Below the pieces are notes generated by a model that worked only from the letters and a program-made list of their open reading frames with translations, searched no databases and was not told the origin of the DNA. From the NCBI RefSeq assembly GCF_009914755.1, contig NC_060926.1: a DNA stretch of 64,000 nucleotides. The stretch is one strand, 5' to 3'. The DNA comes from the human T2T-CHM13v2.0 reference genome, Homo sapiens. Shown piece after piece: positions 12,141 to 25,650 of this stretch. Within the stretch, counting starts at the first letter, position 1, and each line of letters begins with the position of its first letter. The position numbers and the translations under genes are program-made.

Positions 12141-12745
12141 ACAGGTAGATATATATTGGTTAGAGAAATAAAAAGAGAAAATACCAGCAGCCCCCACTCT
12201 ATGCAATAATAGCTAACACTTAGCATGTGCCAAGGACTGCTGCACCTCCAGCCTCCTCTTCCTTCCAACCACCCCAGGCTAATGAGGTGTCTTCATGCCT
12301 ACAGCAGTGTGGAGGAAGAAAACTGATGGGAAGAGCTCAAGTTTTCATAGACCCACACTTGCATGGCAGGAAACCAATACAAAAACAGCCCAGCAGACAT
12401 CTTGCTAAGTTGCCATGTTGAAGAGCAGTGATGGTCATTACGGTAATGGAACAGCAGTGGATTAGATTCCTGGGGCTGCCATAACAAATCGTCACAAACT
12501 AAGTGGCTCAAAACAACAGAAATGCATTCTCTCACAGTTCTGGAGGCCAGAAGTCTGAAATCAGGGTGTTGGCTGGGAACTTGGGGAGAATCGGTTCCTC
12601 ATCTCTTCTGGCTTCCAGTGGTTGCCAGCAATTCTTGGCATGCCTTGGCATGTAGTGGCATCAGCTCAGTCTCTGCCTCTGTCTTCACTTGGTATTCTCT
12701 CTCTCTCTCGCCTGTCTCTGCTTTCACTTCTTATAAGGACACAGG

Positions 12746-12756
12746 TGATTAGATTA
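12746..12756 (-). promoter_or_regulatory. Perfect DUX4 consensus TAATCTAATCA in a MaLR LTR
   Basis: + strand reads tgattagatta. Motif only. Confidence 0.5.
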
Positions 12757-12836
12757 GTACCCACCCTAATCCAGTATGACTTCATCTTAACTAAACACAT
12801 CTGCAAAATCACTACTGTACTTCCAAATAAGATCAC

Positions 12837-13193
12837 TGCTATGGACTGAATTGTGTCCTCCCAAAAGTCGTATTTTGAATCCCTAACCCTGTTGTGACTG
12901 TATTTAGAGACAAGGCCCAAGGAGGTTATTAAGATTTAATGAGATTGTAAACATGGAGCCTTGACCCTGTAGTGCTGGTGCCCTTAGAAGAAAAAGAAAT
13001 GCCAGAGCTCTTTCTCTCTGCCATGTGAGGACACAGCAAGAAGGCGGCCATCTGCAGCCCTAGGAGAGAGCCTTCACCAGAACCCAAGCCTGGTACTGTA
13101 CTTCCAGTCTCCAGAACTATGAGAAGTAAATATCTGTTGTTTAAGTCACCTAGTTTGTGGCATTTTGTTATGCAGCCAGAACAAACTAATACA
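12837..13193 (+). mobile_element. MLT1A/MSTD-like solo LTR, nested
   Basis: tgctatggactgaattgtgtcc...acaaactaataca. Perfect TSD ATCAC at 12832-12836 and 13194-13198. Confidence 0.88.
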
Positions 13194-13215
13194 ATCACAT
13201 TCTAAGATTCCCAGT

Positions 13216-13669
13216 TGTCATAGTTAATACTGAGTGTCAACTTGATTGGACTGAAGCATGCAAAGTATTGTTCCTGGGTGTGTCTGTGAGGTTGTTGCCA
13301 AAGGAGGTTAACGTTTGAGTCAGTGGACTGGAAAGGCAGACTTACCCTCAGTCTAGGTGGGCACCATCTAATCAATTGCCAGCTTGGCCAGAATAAAAAC
13401 AGGCAGAAGAATGTGAAAAGGCTAGACTGGCTTAGCCTCCCAACCTACATCTTTCTCCCATGCTGGATGCTTGCTGCCCTAGAACATCGGACTCCAGGTT
13501 CTTCAGCTTTGGGACTCAGACTGGCTTCCTTGCTCCTCAGCTTGCAGATGGCTTATTGTGGGACCTCACCTCCTTGTGATCCTGTGAGTCAATACTCCTT
13601 AATAAACTCCCCTTTATATATACATCTATCCTATTAGTTCTGTCCCTCTAGAGAACCCTGACGAATACA
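13216..13669 (+). mobile_element. MLT2A1/MLT2A2 (HERV-L) solo LTR, nested
   Basis: tgtcatagttaatactgagtgtcaacttgattgg...ccctctagagaaccctgacgaataca. Perfect TSD CCAGT at 13211-13215 and 13670-13674. Confidence 0.92.
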
Positions 13670-14869
13670 CCAGTGAACATGCATTTTGGGAGACATTAGT
13701 CCCCCCAGTGGTGTTGGTGAACTCCACTAGCTTTTCTTCTTCAGATACTTTGTTTAAGAAGGCAGAGAAGACAGTAGGTTATTTATAATGATCTTCATTG
13801 ATATTTGGAATGGAAAGCCTCATTTATCAGAAAAAGTACTTTACAAGGGCTTCCTTGTTTCTCAGTAATGAAAGACAGATGAGAAATCTATGTAATAATG
13901 AGAATAATGGTTATTCTTATTATTATAGTTCAACTGATTTGGGGGATAAGATTTGGTTTAGAAACGTTTGCCTTTCATGTGTTTGCAGTTTTGCTGGTTT
14001 GGAAATGTTATTTTTGTTGAAGTCTAGTGCTGCTGCCTCTGCACATGCACTCATTATCCCATTCTTGAATGGACATATGGCACAGAAAGTTTAGAAAATA
14101 CTGCCCAATTTGTCTAAATACCAATTCATGGCCTCATTCACCATGGGGCCCATTGTGCTGGGAGAACACAGCTGTATAACCTTATCAACACTGGCCAGAG
14201 GAGTGCCCATGAGTTCAAATGCTAATCCAAAGCCTATATTTGCCTTGGCACAAGGTTGCTGCACACTTGGAATGTGCAGGTTGGTGAGGGACTTTGAAAT
14301 GGTTGGAAGACAGAAGGTGAGAAAGAGGGTGTTCCTATATCCCTGATCCCTATCTAATTTCAAAACCTGTGGCCAACTTTCCTATGCCAAGAAATTGGAA
14401 ATGAGTATTTTTTTCTGAAATCTTTCTTTCCCATTCCCAGCTGATTCCCATAGCTCTTATTTCCAAGGTACAATAATCAGAAAATTACTGAACTAATATT
14501 TTCCTCCAAGATGAAAGTGGTGTTCTTTTCTTAAATCCTATCTCCCATGCATCTGGGGAAGAGGAGAACAAACACAGATAAATCACGTCCAGAACTGCCT
14601 GCTTTTCATCCCAGATCTGCAGAAACTGGGGACTGTGGAGCATTCAGTCAATTTAATGAATGAGTCACTTCTAGCAAACAGTATGTGACAAAGCACTAGA
14701 ATAATATAGAAAGACCTCCTCTCCTTAGGAATTTATTAATTCAATCAGTGAACATTAATTGAGCATTTTCTACATGCCAGTGACTATGGTCTCCAAGAAA
14801 AGATTGAAACCATCATTCTACCAGTAAAGGAGCTTGTAATTATGGGAGGAACACACAGCTTTATTCTTT

Positions 14870-15010
14870 ACTACCTCTATAACCTGGGGCAATTTACTTA
14901 ACTTTCTGAGCCTCAGTTTTCAAATCCATACAATCAAGATATCGATAATAATGATAATAATAACAACAGTGTAGTACAGAATTGTTATGAAGATTGAATG
15001 GATTAAAATT
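14870..15010 (+). mobile_element. MIR relic
   Basis: ggggcaatttacttaactttctgagcctcagtttt and gttatgaagattgaatg. Confidence 0.75.
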
Positions 15011-15127
15011 AAAATAGCAGGTAGGACAGTTTCTGGAGAAGGAGTAGGAAGGCCCATTGGGGGAATACATGGCATATAATATCCCACTAAAGGTATAATT
15101 GTGCTCAGGCAAACATGATGACAAAAA

Positions 15128-15183
15128 GTAGGATGGTGCAAAAGTAAATGGCAAAAATCACAATTACTTTTGTACCAACCTAA
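15128..15183. mobile_element. Internally deleted MADE1 (Hsmar1 mariner MITE)
   Basis: taggatggtgcaaaagtaa ... atggcaaaaatcacaattacttttgtaccaacctaa matches the Hsmar1 terminal inverted repeats (TIRs); followed by TA. Confidence 0.85.
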
Positions 15184-18100
15184 TAAAAGCAGAAGGTTTC
15201 TATAAGGACATGAGATGCAACTGAACCCAATATTATCGCAAGAGTCGACCTGGGCGTAGGGCATCTGCGAACAGGCCTCAGGGTGGTCCCACTGATTCAC
15301 AGCCTCAGACGACCTGTGCTTCCTCACCTCTAAACTCATCTGTGTCCATGCTTCCAGAATGTCCAGCATGCATTAGGGGCCCTCAACTTGGAACCCTGTC
15401 TGCTGTCTGAATGTTTTATCACAAACATGTTTGCTTATGTGTTACTTTTTAATAAAGAGGATGTGCTACTGACGTCTCTGGGTCATTTCCAGCTCAAATG
15501 CACTTTATTGTCCTTGTCAGTAATGGCATTTAGTTCCCATTTCCACTCATATAAAACATAGCTGGTTTGTGTGTGAGGTTGGGGATAGAAAATGGGAGAA
15601 GCGTGCTGCAGGAGTCCGAGGACCAGCTCTTCTCTCTGGCTCCCCTCCTCGTGATAGATGCTGTCTCATCCTAGGGAACAAAAGGGATTTGTTTTGTTTT
15701 GTTTTGTTTCTTTCTGAGATGCTGTATCAGCCAAGAAACAGGGACCAGAAAACGTCAAGAGCCACCATGGTGTCAGCAGTCAAGGCCTCAGCAGGGCACG
15801 TGTTACACAGCGTGCTGTCATGGGTCACAGTCTCCTTGGATGGGGAGCCTCCCAAGAGCTGGTGCTGTATTCATCGGAGGCCCAGAATGTGAGTCCTGCA
15901 GAACACCTGACATGTGGCAGGTGTCTGGTAAATGCCTAAGGGACAAGCGATGCCAGATGCCAGGGGCCGAGTAGAGGTCTGGGATGTGGGAGGCAACTGG
16001 CCTGTCCAGGCAGAGCTGGGCTTGAGAACAGGGTCTCAAGCTGCTACCTGAGAGTAGAGGTTACTCTTGGACAGATGCCACCCTGGCTCACTGCAGGGCT
16101 CACCCCGGCCCAGAGCCCTGAGCAGAGGGCATCCACGTTGTGACAGTGTGATCTGCTCCTCCCAAGAAAGGCAGGCTTGCTCTGAGGGCATGGAAGGCCC
16201 CAGGGCTTGCAGCTTCAGAAGCCAGGAGGAAAAGTTTACCTCCCCCAGTTTCAGAGGGGCCCCTTCTACTTCACCCCCCTTCAAGGGAGATGTGAAGAAC
16301 GTCCAGTGTTCTCAAGTCCACCCCTTCACCTCCTATGAGATGCTTGAGAGAACAGCACAACTTTCAGGTGTGCAAGTCTATGTTACAGAGTAAACAATGA
16401 AAATATTCCCATTAATTGTGAAGGGAAAGAAGAGGAGCGACGAGGGAAGATTCCGGGTCTATGACTGGCTCTGCCATCAACTTCCTGTGTATTTGGGGAG
16501 AATCATTCAACCTTTGTGGGCCCATCTCTCCATCTATCAACGGTGAAAGCCACCTGGATGGTGTACGAGGCAGCTTCAGTTCTGGTTTCCTGTGCTCTAC
16601 TCCCCAACATGTGATCATCTTCCCAAAGATGTCTGCTGGTGACTCGCGCCATCCCTCTCCATATTTCTCTGCAGTTCACTACCTGGGGCTTTGACCCAGA
16701 AACTCTAATATGTAAATGCTTCATTTTTTCATCCTCCAACAGATGTGCTTATCTGGTTCAGCTCTAATTGCAACTAAGAAGAGCCATGGCAAGTTCAGTA
16801 CATTCTGTTTCTGCTTCAGAAATACCTGGTAGTATTTCAAATGCAAAATTACAAAGAATTCAGACATCAAAGTGGCCAAACCATGTGTCCTGTATTACTA
16901 GCCTATGTTCTCTGTATCTACTCAGTGATTGGGTTTTAAAAATTGGTTGTAGTTTCTGTGGATTGCAGTAAAAAGCTGAAGATTACCTAAAATTGGGATG
17001 GTTTGTATTTAGTTGCTAAAGAAAGTCCTCCTTAACAGAATAGAATAATTACAAACAGCTCTTTGCTGTTATTTCTTTTTCAAAGACTGTTTAACTCTTA
17101 ATAACTTTATTCAGTTTTAAGCCCTAAGCAAGAACACATGGAACAATTAATAATATTTATCTGTGAAATGAGCTTTCTCCCATGCAACCAATACTTTGAA
17201 CATATAATTTGTATGACATACAGTTTTCCCTAACCTAAAATTGGAAAACCCTTTAGCTAGTACACCAAAATGTCTGAGCTGGAGAAGTTTTCATTAATTT
17301 GCACAAGCAAGCATGTACCAATTCTTGTTTGGATTAAATTATTTATAACTCTAATGGAAAAGTGGGAGGAGACCTACTCCATTTCTTCAAATCCCTTTGC
17401 ATCCAACTTACATTTCTAAGACCTTTCAGAACATGTAATATAATCCTTAAGAGTAGGAAGCTGGTAAATCAAGGTAATAATTTCTCTCCAACTCAACTGA
17501 TTTCATAGTAAATATGGACTCTTACTATTCTCTTGGCTTTGGCTGCCATGTTTATGTATATATTTCTTCAACTCCGGCAGTACTTTTATTCTCACCAATA
17601 AGTTTATGTCCATTTCTTGAATCCTTTATGTAAAAGGATATAGCATCTTCTTCACATACAGAAGGAGAGAGTTTCCAACAGTTATTTGGAAAGATTAGCT
17701 CAGTCACCTAGGCAGGGGGATTGTGTCTCTCCCATCCTCTCCTCTCAGATCTTTATAGGAATAAATATAGGGTCTTCCATTTACTGCTTCCAAAAGCTCA
17801 TGCTTTCCTTTCCTTTGATGGTATTTCAGCCTTGCCTTCAGTCCCCTTCACTTCCATTTGAATGAGATGGATTTCGTCATTCTCCCCAAGCTCACTTTCC
17901 CACAAAATTCTCAGTTAATGATTCCTCAGATTTTATCCTATCACTCTTGGTTTTCTTCTCCCTTTATCCCAGCCACAGAAAATCCTATGTTCATCCAAAC
18001 CAATCAAGAGCACCTACTTCAATGTTGATGTGTTAGACACATTTGGAGTTAGTCACTCATCCCCAGTCTTTTCCCACTCTACCTTTCAGACCTGGTAATG

Positions 18101-18654
18101 CCTGCATGTTCTATGAATTTCCACCTGCTCCCTGCAGTCAAGTTCATTTCTGCAAATAAGCTAGTGAAACACTGTTCACCACCAACTCTGTGTTCTCGGA
18201 TGTGCAACTTTCTGATTTTCTTATTTTGCCTTTTTCTTCATATTCTCTTACCCAGTTACTAAGGATTTTTGTGGTTCCTTTTATCATTTGACATACACCT
18301 TTGGAATGGTCTCATTTCTTTGTTGAGCTGGGTAAGAGATGAGGAGGAGAAATGTTCTATCTTCTTTTCTTCATCGAGATCCAATTCACTCAAAATACAT
18401 TCCTGTAGCTAATAAATGATCATTCTCTCAAGTTGATGATCTCATGTGTGTTCCAGAGTTTGCCATATTTGCAGCATTAGACTCAAAATACTAAAAATTT
18501 AAAAAACATAAATACAAAACCCAGTACATGGAAGAAAGGTCTTCTACGCACTGGGTTTTGAAATATGCAACATAAGCCAAGAAATGTGTCCAAGTCATTA
18601 TATTCTTAATTGTCATGCTTCTTATTGTACACTCTCCACATTTTGAGAATTAAA

Positions 18655-18970
18655 GTCACTCATTCTTTCCACAAATATTTACTAAGCAATTGCTAAAATT
18701 TGCACAGTGTGCCGGGTATCAGAGATGCAAAGATAGAACCCTCAAGGAAGACCCGGAAGTCATGGCTTGTAACTAATGATTGCAATGCAATATGTCACTC
18801 CACTCATGGAAGCACTTAATAGGGTTACTGGAACACAGCCAACGTGCTCAGAGGTGTCAAGGAGTAATACATGAAGGTGGCCAGACTTGGACTGAGACTC
18901 CCTGGACAAACAGGAGTTGACTGGATGTACAAGTGAATAAAGGCATGAAAGGCAAGATAAAAGGCATAAA
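18655..18970 (-). mobile_element. L2 3' relic
   Basis: cattctttccacaaatatttactaagca...ccctcaaggaag is the reverse L2 3' end. Confidence 0.6.
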
Positions 18971-19439
18971 ATCACTCAAATCATATCAACCCAGCAAACC
19001 AGCATCCTGAAACCAGATTTCCCAAATGTCTCTATAGTGATATGGTGACGGACAGGATGCTCAGATAACTAATGAGCTGCATGTTCAGTTTACTTAGGTT
19101 CAGTTTATGTCAATGCTAAAACCAGGTCACTGGATTCCTGCCTCTGGCTTCTTTTCACGTTCCTGAAAATTACATTGAATAAACAATAGACCTTTGGAAT
19201 CTCTGTGCTGCTCATGTTAGTCACTTTAGTTGCATTAATACTTTTCTCATTGGGTATTTATGATACTGAAATATTAGATATCCCAGATCCTATCTAAGAG
19301 AAATAAGCTAAAACACACCAAAAGCTGAAGAATTGCTTTTGCTCCCTATATATATGTTTTTCCACATTTTGCATATTCTTTCATTGTTTCAACATTCAGC
19401 CCTTCTCAGTGAGGATACTGTTGGTGAGTCACAGAAGTC

Positions 19440-19650
19440 CTTCTTCCTGGTTCCAGTTCTAACCACCCCTTCCTGGCCTTGTGATGGAGCCATGTCACTT
19501 CATCTCCTTAAACTTCTGTTCTATCAACTCTAAGATGGAAACAATAATAGTAGCTCCCCCATGGTGATTTTTGGGGGTACAACCTGAGTTTATCCATGTG
19601 AAACTCTTTGAATTGTACCTGAAACTTAGAAAGTGCCCAATAAATGTTGT
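19440..19650 (+). mobile_element. MIR relic
   Basis: gttccagttctaaccacc...aataatagtagct...aaagtgcccaataaatgtt. Confidence 0.65.
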
Positions 19651-19899
19651 ATGTGATTTTTGTTTTCTTTATTAAAACAAACAATGTGGATTTACTTTTT
19701 TGAGACTAAAATGCTTCATATTAACTTCAGACTTTATGGGTAGGGAGTTATTATAAACTTTAAATGATCTGATACTAGTGCCCAAGGGACATTCTGGTTT
19801 CACCCAAGTGAAGATTGTTAATCCTTGCCTTCCCTGACTTCATCTCACTCCCAGGTCTTCTGCCCTGGATAACGAAGGGCTCATTCTATCAAGGGCACT

Positions 19900-20523
19900 T
19901 CTGCGGCTTCTCCTTCCAGTGCCAACCAACTCACTGACTAACTGGGTATCCTACAGTTCAATTCCATCCTGACACTAAATACCCAAAGTTAGGCTCCAAG
20001 TTCCACGAGACTGCCCTCACACCAGACACCAGCCATAAATGGGATGTCCAGGTCACCCACACTCTGCCGGCCAACTACAAATTCAGGGTTGCCCACAACC
20101 CCCTCTTTAGGTTTGATAACTTTCTAGAATGACTTGCAGAACTAAGAAAAAGAGCTTTACTTATGTTTATCAGTTGATTGTAAAGGATACCACCCAGAAA
20201 CAGCCAGGCGGAAGAGCCTCACAGGACAAGGTCGGCAGAGGGCACAGAGTTTCCAGTTCTCTGCAGAGGTGCCACCTGCCCGGTACCTCAGTGTGCTCCC
20301 CAGTCTGGAAGGTCCCTGAAGCCTGTTGTTCAGGGGTTTTATGAAGGTTCTACTGCCATTGGTGACTGAATTCAATTTCTCATCCTGAAGCTATCTGACC
20401 CCCTTTTATTTCTCTAAAAGTCCTCTCACCAGAATCTCCAAGACAGTAAATTCCAAGGATTTTAGGACCTCTGTGTCAGGAACCAGGGAAAAAGACCAAA
20501 TACTTATTTTCTACTGAACCACA
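19900..20523 (-). mobile_element. MER21-family (MER21B/C) LTR
   Basis: ctgggtatcctacagttcaattc, gactgccctcac, aggtttgataactttctagaatgacttgcagaact, ccagggaaaaagaccaaatacttattt. Confidence 0.8.
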
Positions 20524-22789
20524 AGGGCCTCAGCTTTAAAGCTGTGCTGGCCCTGTCCAGGCTGACCTGATGCATGAAGCATGGAGAGGAATCCAGGGCA
20601 GGCCACAGTACAGATATCTCAGCCCCGTGCTACCCTGGCAGAGCCATGCCACCTGGGACACAGCACTTATCTGCCTGGCCATGTGCCAACCACAGAGACC
20701 AGCCACAGCCATCGTGCATCCGTGCTCCTTTCCTGGGAACTTTGTATGCATAGACACTGTGCTGTGATTACACAGGAACTATTGCTAATCCTCCCCACAG
20801 CTCAGCTGGGCGACGGTGGTTATCCTGACCTCAGCGATGGAAAGAAAGGGATTCAGACAGGGGAGCTTCTAGTCAAGGACACCCTGCTAGGGTGTGAGGG
20901 TCAGCTTTCTGCCAGCAAAACATTTCTGTCTCACTGGCAGCACAGAGACACAGCAGCAGTTTCCACAGGTAACCTTTGGGGGACAGTCACACGCCTTCCC
21001 TGGGACCCCTCCACATTCCCTCTCCGTCGGATGTTGTCAGATACCACCTCTACCCCCTCTCCCAGAGTTTATCCTCATTCCCATTTTCTCATGAAACTTT
21101 AAGTCCTAACTGCAGTTGAATAAACAACAGCAAGAATTTTAATCGTGCAGAACATGATTGAGCCAGGTGTTGATTTCTTTTGGATGAGCAAGGTTTTTCC
21201 AGAATGAGTGTGCCTTCTTCCACCTTCCCTGTGATCTACCTGGTGGACTGACCCCTGGGGTTGCCCGGGCAGCAGGTCTCTCCCACAGCAGCCCCCAAGC
21301 TTGTCCTGGCCAGTGCACATCCTAACTCACGCAGCCTTGTGGGGGCTGACCATCTGTCTGCTTCAGGCCTGCAAATATCCACTTCATCAGCTCTTTCATC
21401 TGGCTGATTATTTTGAAGCATTTTTTAATTCAAAAATCCAGTGGAGGCCTCTTATTCCCTTCCAAACTCACCAAAATCCTAAGAGTCCTCCTTTCAGCAA
21501 TGGGCCTGCCCCTGCCTGCCCAGGTTCTGTAACACCTAGGCCACAGTGCCCAAAGGTCCCTTTTCCTCAGAGTTTGTTTTCTGGCTCCAAGTCCTGGGGC
21601 CTATTTTACAAGTAACATCTTGTCTGTCTCCTAAGCTTTCTGTAAATGTTCACATGTTCTGGGATAAAAGTTACATTTTTCCCCCAGCAGGTACTAGAAA
21701 AGCTAAAGTTCAGAAACATTGAAATCTCTCCTGTGCCTCCTTGGTCATTTCTAATCTTATCCAGGCAGGAACAGAGATTGTTGCTGCATCCGTAACAGAC
21801 ACTAATTAGTCTGAGCTAGAAGCTGGAGATTATTTGAAAAGAAAGCATAAGTGTAATTGTACCAGGCAATCACTACTCAAGCAACTGGTCGTCAATAACC
21901 AATATGCATTTCCTGCCAATACTCTCCTCTCAGGACAGAATGGATTCCTAGGACGCGTGCTCTATCCATGCTGGCAACTCACCCCCTCCCACTGCCTTTA
22001 TCCTGGAGCTTTCTGAGGCTCCCTCCACCCAGGACAGCCCCACGGATGCTGCCAAACCCCTGTCCCAGCTCCTGCTGTCAGCAGGGAGGGGACCTGGTTG
22101 AGGGCAGGTCTCACTTTATTTTTGTCCAGATCTTAGAACATCGTGATACACCTTGACAACTACACATGCTGGCATGAATCCACGTAATTCAACTTAGGAT
22201 GTTTTCATACCACTAAATACATTTTCTCTCTGGTCCTGAAAGGATGTGAAGCAATTTCATCAAAGGAACAAAGTCAGGTGGAGATAAAGTTTTAATGAAG
22301 TAGGGGTAGAAAATTAGAAACAAGAAAAAGAGCAGGAAGCCACACAGAAAACAGCAAGGGTTTCACTTTAGCATGCTGTCCTTGCTTTGTTTGTGCTTTA
22401 AGTGACAGATTCCTCACAAAAACAAAACAAAACAAAAAAACCCAGCCATTTATAAAAACAAATGCAGTTTGATGTAAAATTGTCAAGAAGGTGCGCGTTC
22501 AGGCTGTCAGTTTCACTTCTATGATGCTGAATGTAAGAAATGGCTTTTCAAATGTATTGCCAAAACAGTTTTGGCTACTCAGGTTGGTTGTTTTCTTCTT
22601 TCTGATCTTGCATGCCATGCAAAATTTTGTGTGTGTGTGTGTTTCCCCCTGGCAGCCAGGAAGCCCAGAACTAAATCTCATGTTTGTTTGCAGCAACTAT
22701 GCTAGGACCATTTAGTATTCATTGTGTCTTTCCTCCTTGCTATGGTCTGATTTGATTAAGGGACAAGGTTACTGCATGTTTAGACCGTC

Positions 22790-23280
22790 TTAAGAATGCT
22801 TTGGGGAGCATATAACAAAATAACTGACCAGCTGTGACTTAAGCACAAAGACATTTAATTATTTCATGGGAAATAAGGACCGGATAGAGTTGGTAGCAGA
22901 GTTGGTTCCGAAGCTCAACAAACTTGACCCAAGTTGTTTCTCCTTCCTGTTCCTTTGTCCCAGTACTGTCAGGAATGTCTCCTCTCAAAGTCACAGCTGT
23001 TGTGGCTTCTAATACCTTATTCTCACTGAGCAGCTCTGAGTGAGACGAAGAAGGGCTGGAGCCATAACGCCTTCTCCTCCAGTGCCTCCCTCTGTTATCA
23101 GGGAGCAAAATCTTTCCCCAAAGTCCCTAAGAAGAGCTCTTCTCACATCCCACGGGCCCAAATCCCATCACACCATGAGAATGGATGGGAAAGCGTAAGA
23201 CAGCCAGGACTGCCTTAGTCCAACCATAACTCATCCCCTGGGCTAAGTAGTGAGTGACCATCTGGCAGGAAAACGAGAAT
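22790..23280 (-). mobile_element. Old MLT1 (J/K/L-like) LTR
   Basis: gacttaagcacaaagacattt, aaaatctttccccaaagtccc, ccttagtccaaccataactcatcccctgggct. Boundaries approximate. Confidence 0.6.
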
Positions 23281-23319
23281 ATACCACGCAGAGGAGGAAA
23301 AGTTCCAATTAAAGTGTAT

Positions 23320-23530
23320 ATGGTACTTATTACAAGTTAGAAGTAATTACAAGCATTTGCATTTACCAATTTTTTAATTCATTCAACAACTCTCTGAAGT
23401 GTTATTTTATTTTAATCTCCAATTCAGGGACCAGGAAACAGAGATAGGTTAGACAATGTGTCCAAAGCCACACAGCTAAAGAGTGGTTGAGCTGGAACTG
23501 AAACCCAGGCCACCATGTGCCATGTGGTCT
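23320..23530 (-). mobile_element. MIR relic
   Basis: aggaaacagagataggttagacaatgtgtccaaagccacacagcta...gagctggaactgaaacccaggc. Confidence 0.75.
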
Positions 23531-23902
23531 CGCTGTATACATTCATTCTCTTTTATGGAAGGAAGTGCCAATACAGATGTTTTAGAAATGCTGATTCTCA
23601 TAGTTTGGCTTTTGAGAGACCGAAACTAGATAGAAGATATGAAGGCATAACCTGGGATTGCTGTATAAAGACTTTAATAGGACCCAATTCTTTATAGAAG
23701 GGGCAGCATCTGTAAAGATGGGCTTTTAGAGCTGACTAACCTGAGTAATTATCAAGTACCATTTCTGCAATGTGTAGATGAGAAGACTTCTCTAGAAATG
23801 GAAGCACCTTGTGCACACCTCATAAACTGACAGAGCTGGGGTTAGGGTAGAGTTTTTGTCTACCAACTATTCTGAATACATATGATTAATACTTTTTCTT
23901 TC

Positions 23903-24215
<313 letters not shown>

Positions 24216-25465
24216 CTATATTCTCCAAAAGCTGCCATTTTCTTCCCCATTTTAACCACAGACGATGTGAATGGACAAAGCCCGTATTGCAATTCATGTA
24301 GCGGAGGGTAGCTGTGTGTGAAGCAGTGAGGGCCTGGGGAAATAACACTATGGTTCCCTGGGTACCATTAGCCCAGATCTCATCCAGCAATGGCCTGTGC
24401 ATGATTAGAAACCGAGCTCACTGTGACAATGTACTAAATAAGAATTAAAAACAAATAAAGCATTGCCTGGGTTCTACTCTTGGCTACTCACAACCTCTTG
24501 GAGCCTCAGTGTTTAATTTGTACAATGAGATTGTTATATCTCTTAAGATTTGTGAAGAATCAAGGAGATAATATGCATAAAAGCATTTTTTAACTATAGA
24601 GAAAGTCACCTATTCACTTCCATTATTTTTACATATTATTACACAAATATAGGCTCTGGAAATCCCTTAAATATTTTCTAAATCAGCATGGAGATTTTAG
24701 GATTTTACTAATTGAAATACAATTGGTCAAATGCTCCAAGTTGGAAGCAGTTCGCCAATGGCAATGGCAATGAAAAGATGTCAGGGCTGATACCTTCTGA
24801 CGAAAGCACCTCCCCAATACCAGTGGGTCTTCAGTGGCATTGGCCTTACTAGCAGCAGATGTCATCAGGTCCTTTGTAGGTGATGATACAGTGGAACCTA
24901 GAGAGTTCACCCACCTTTGTAAAGAGCAGAGCCCATGGCTATGTGCAGGATGCTGAACCTTCTCTAAAGCTTCAGAAGCTGAGTGCCTACCTTGGGAAGA
25001 ATTCTAGGGCTTGTTTCAACTGGATTATTTTACTGAATTCATTCAGAATCTTCTTAGTCTAATATCAGCAGCAAAGCTAGATATAGGCAGAACAGCACTG
25101 CCCCAGAAAAGAACAAGACAGCCAATCTCAATAGTGAGTTCTTTAGCTAGAATTCATTGAGTACCATGTGCCAGGAAATGTGTTCAGTGTAATAACAAAA
25201 TGATCTCTTCTTACAGAAAAATAGCATGAACAGTTCCCTCCCTCTTGATACTTTCTCTAGACCATTGAAATGTAAAAATACAAGAAAGAATTTGGTAGTA
25301 GAAAGAACCCTGGATGGGTGGAAGTCTGGAGATGGCATTTCTGTTTCTGGCTGTATCAGTGACAATGTGGCCTGGTTGGTATTGGGAAAGACCCTTTTCT
25401 GGGCCTTGAATCCTTCATTTATAAAACAATGAGACCTGATAAACTCACTTTAAGACCCCCCCAGT

Positions 25466-25650
25466 GGATAGCATTAGGAGATATATCTAATGTAAATGAC
25501 GAGTTAATGGGTGCAGCACACCAACATGGCACATGTATAAGTATGTAACAAACCTGCACGTTGTGTACATGTACCCTAGAACTTAAAGTATAATAAAAAA
25601 AAAAAAGAAAAAGAAGAAAAAAAAACTATAATAATCCTAAAAAAAAAAAA
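25466..25650 (+). mobile_element. Very short 5'-truncated L1PA3/PA4-like 3' end with a double A tail
   Basis: gatagcattaggagatata...gtaccctagaacttaaagtataata, then A tail. TSD aaga(C)nartg on both sides; inserted into a MIR-like relic. Confidence 0.92.

Larger units (their letters stand above)
12458..13707 (-). mobile_element. MLT1B/MLT1C-like MaLR LTR, host of two nested LTRs
   Basis: ggctgccataacaaat...aaaacaacagaaatgcattctctcacagttctggaggccagaagtc...ttccaaataagatcac; resumes at 13194-13215 and after 13670. Confidence 0.85.

Noticed and set aside
17000-18450. AT-rich stretch that might be a very old LINE (CR1/L3) or other fossil
   Set aside because: I could not match any diagnostic motif with confidence; it needs a Dfam HMM search.
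20581-21102. Longest ORF (173 aa)
   Set aside because: No recognisable domain; it overlaps a MIR-like relic and has no supporting exon structure.
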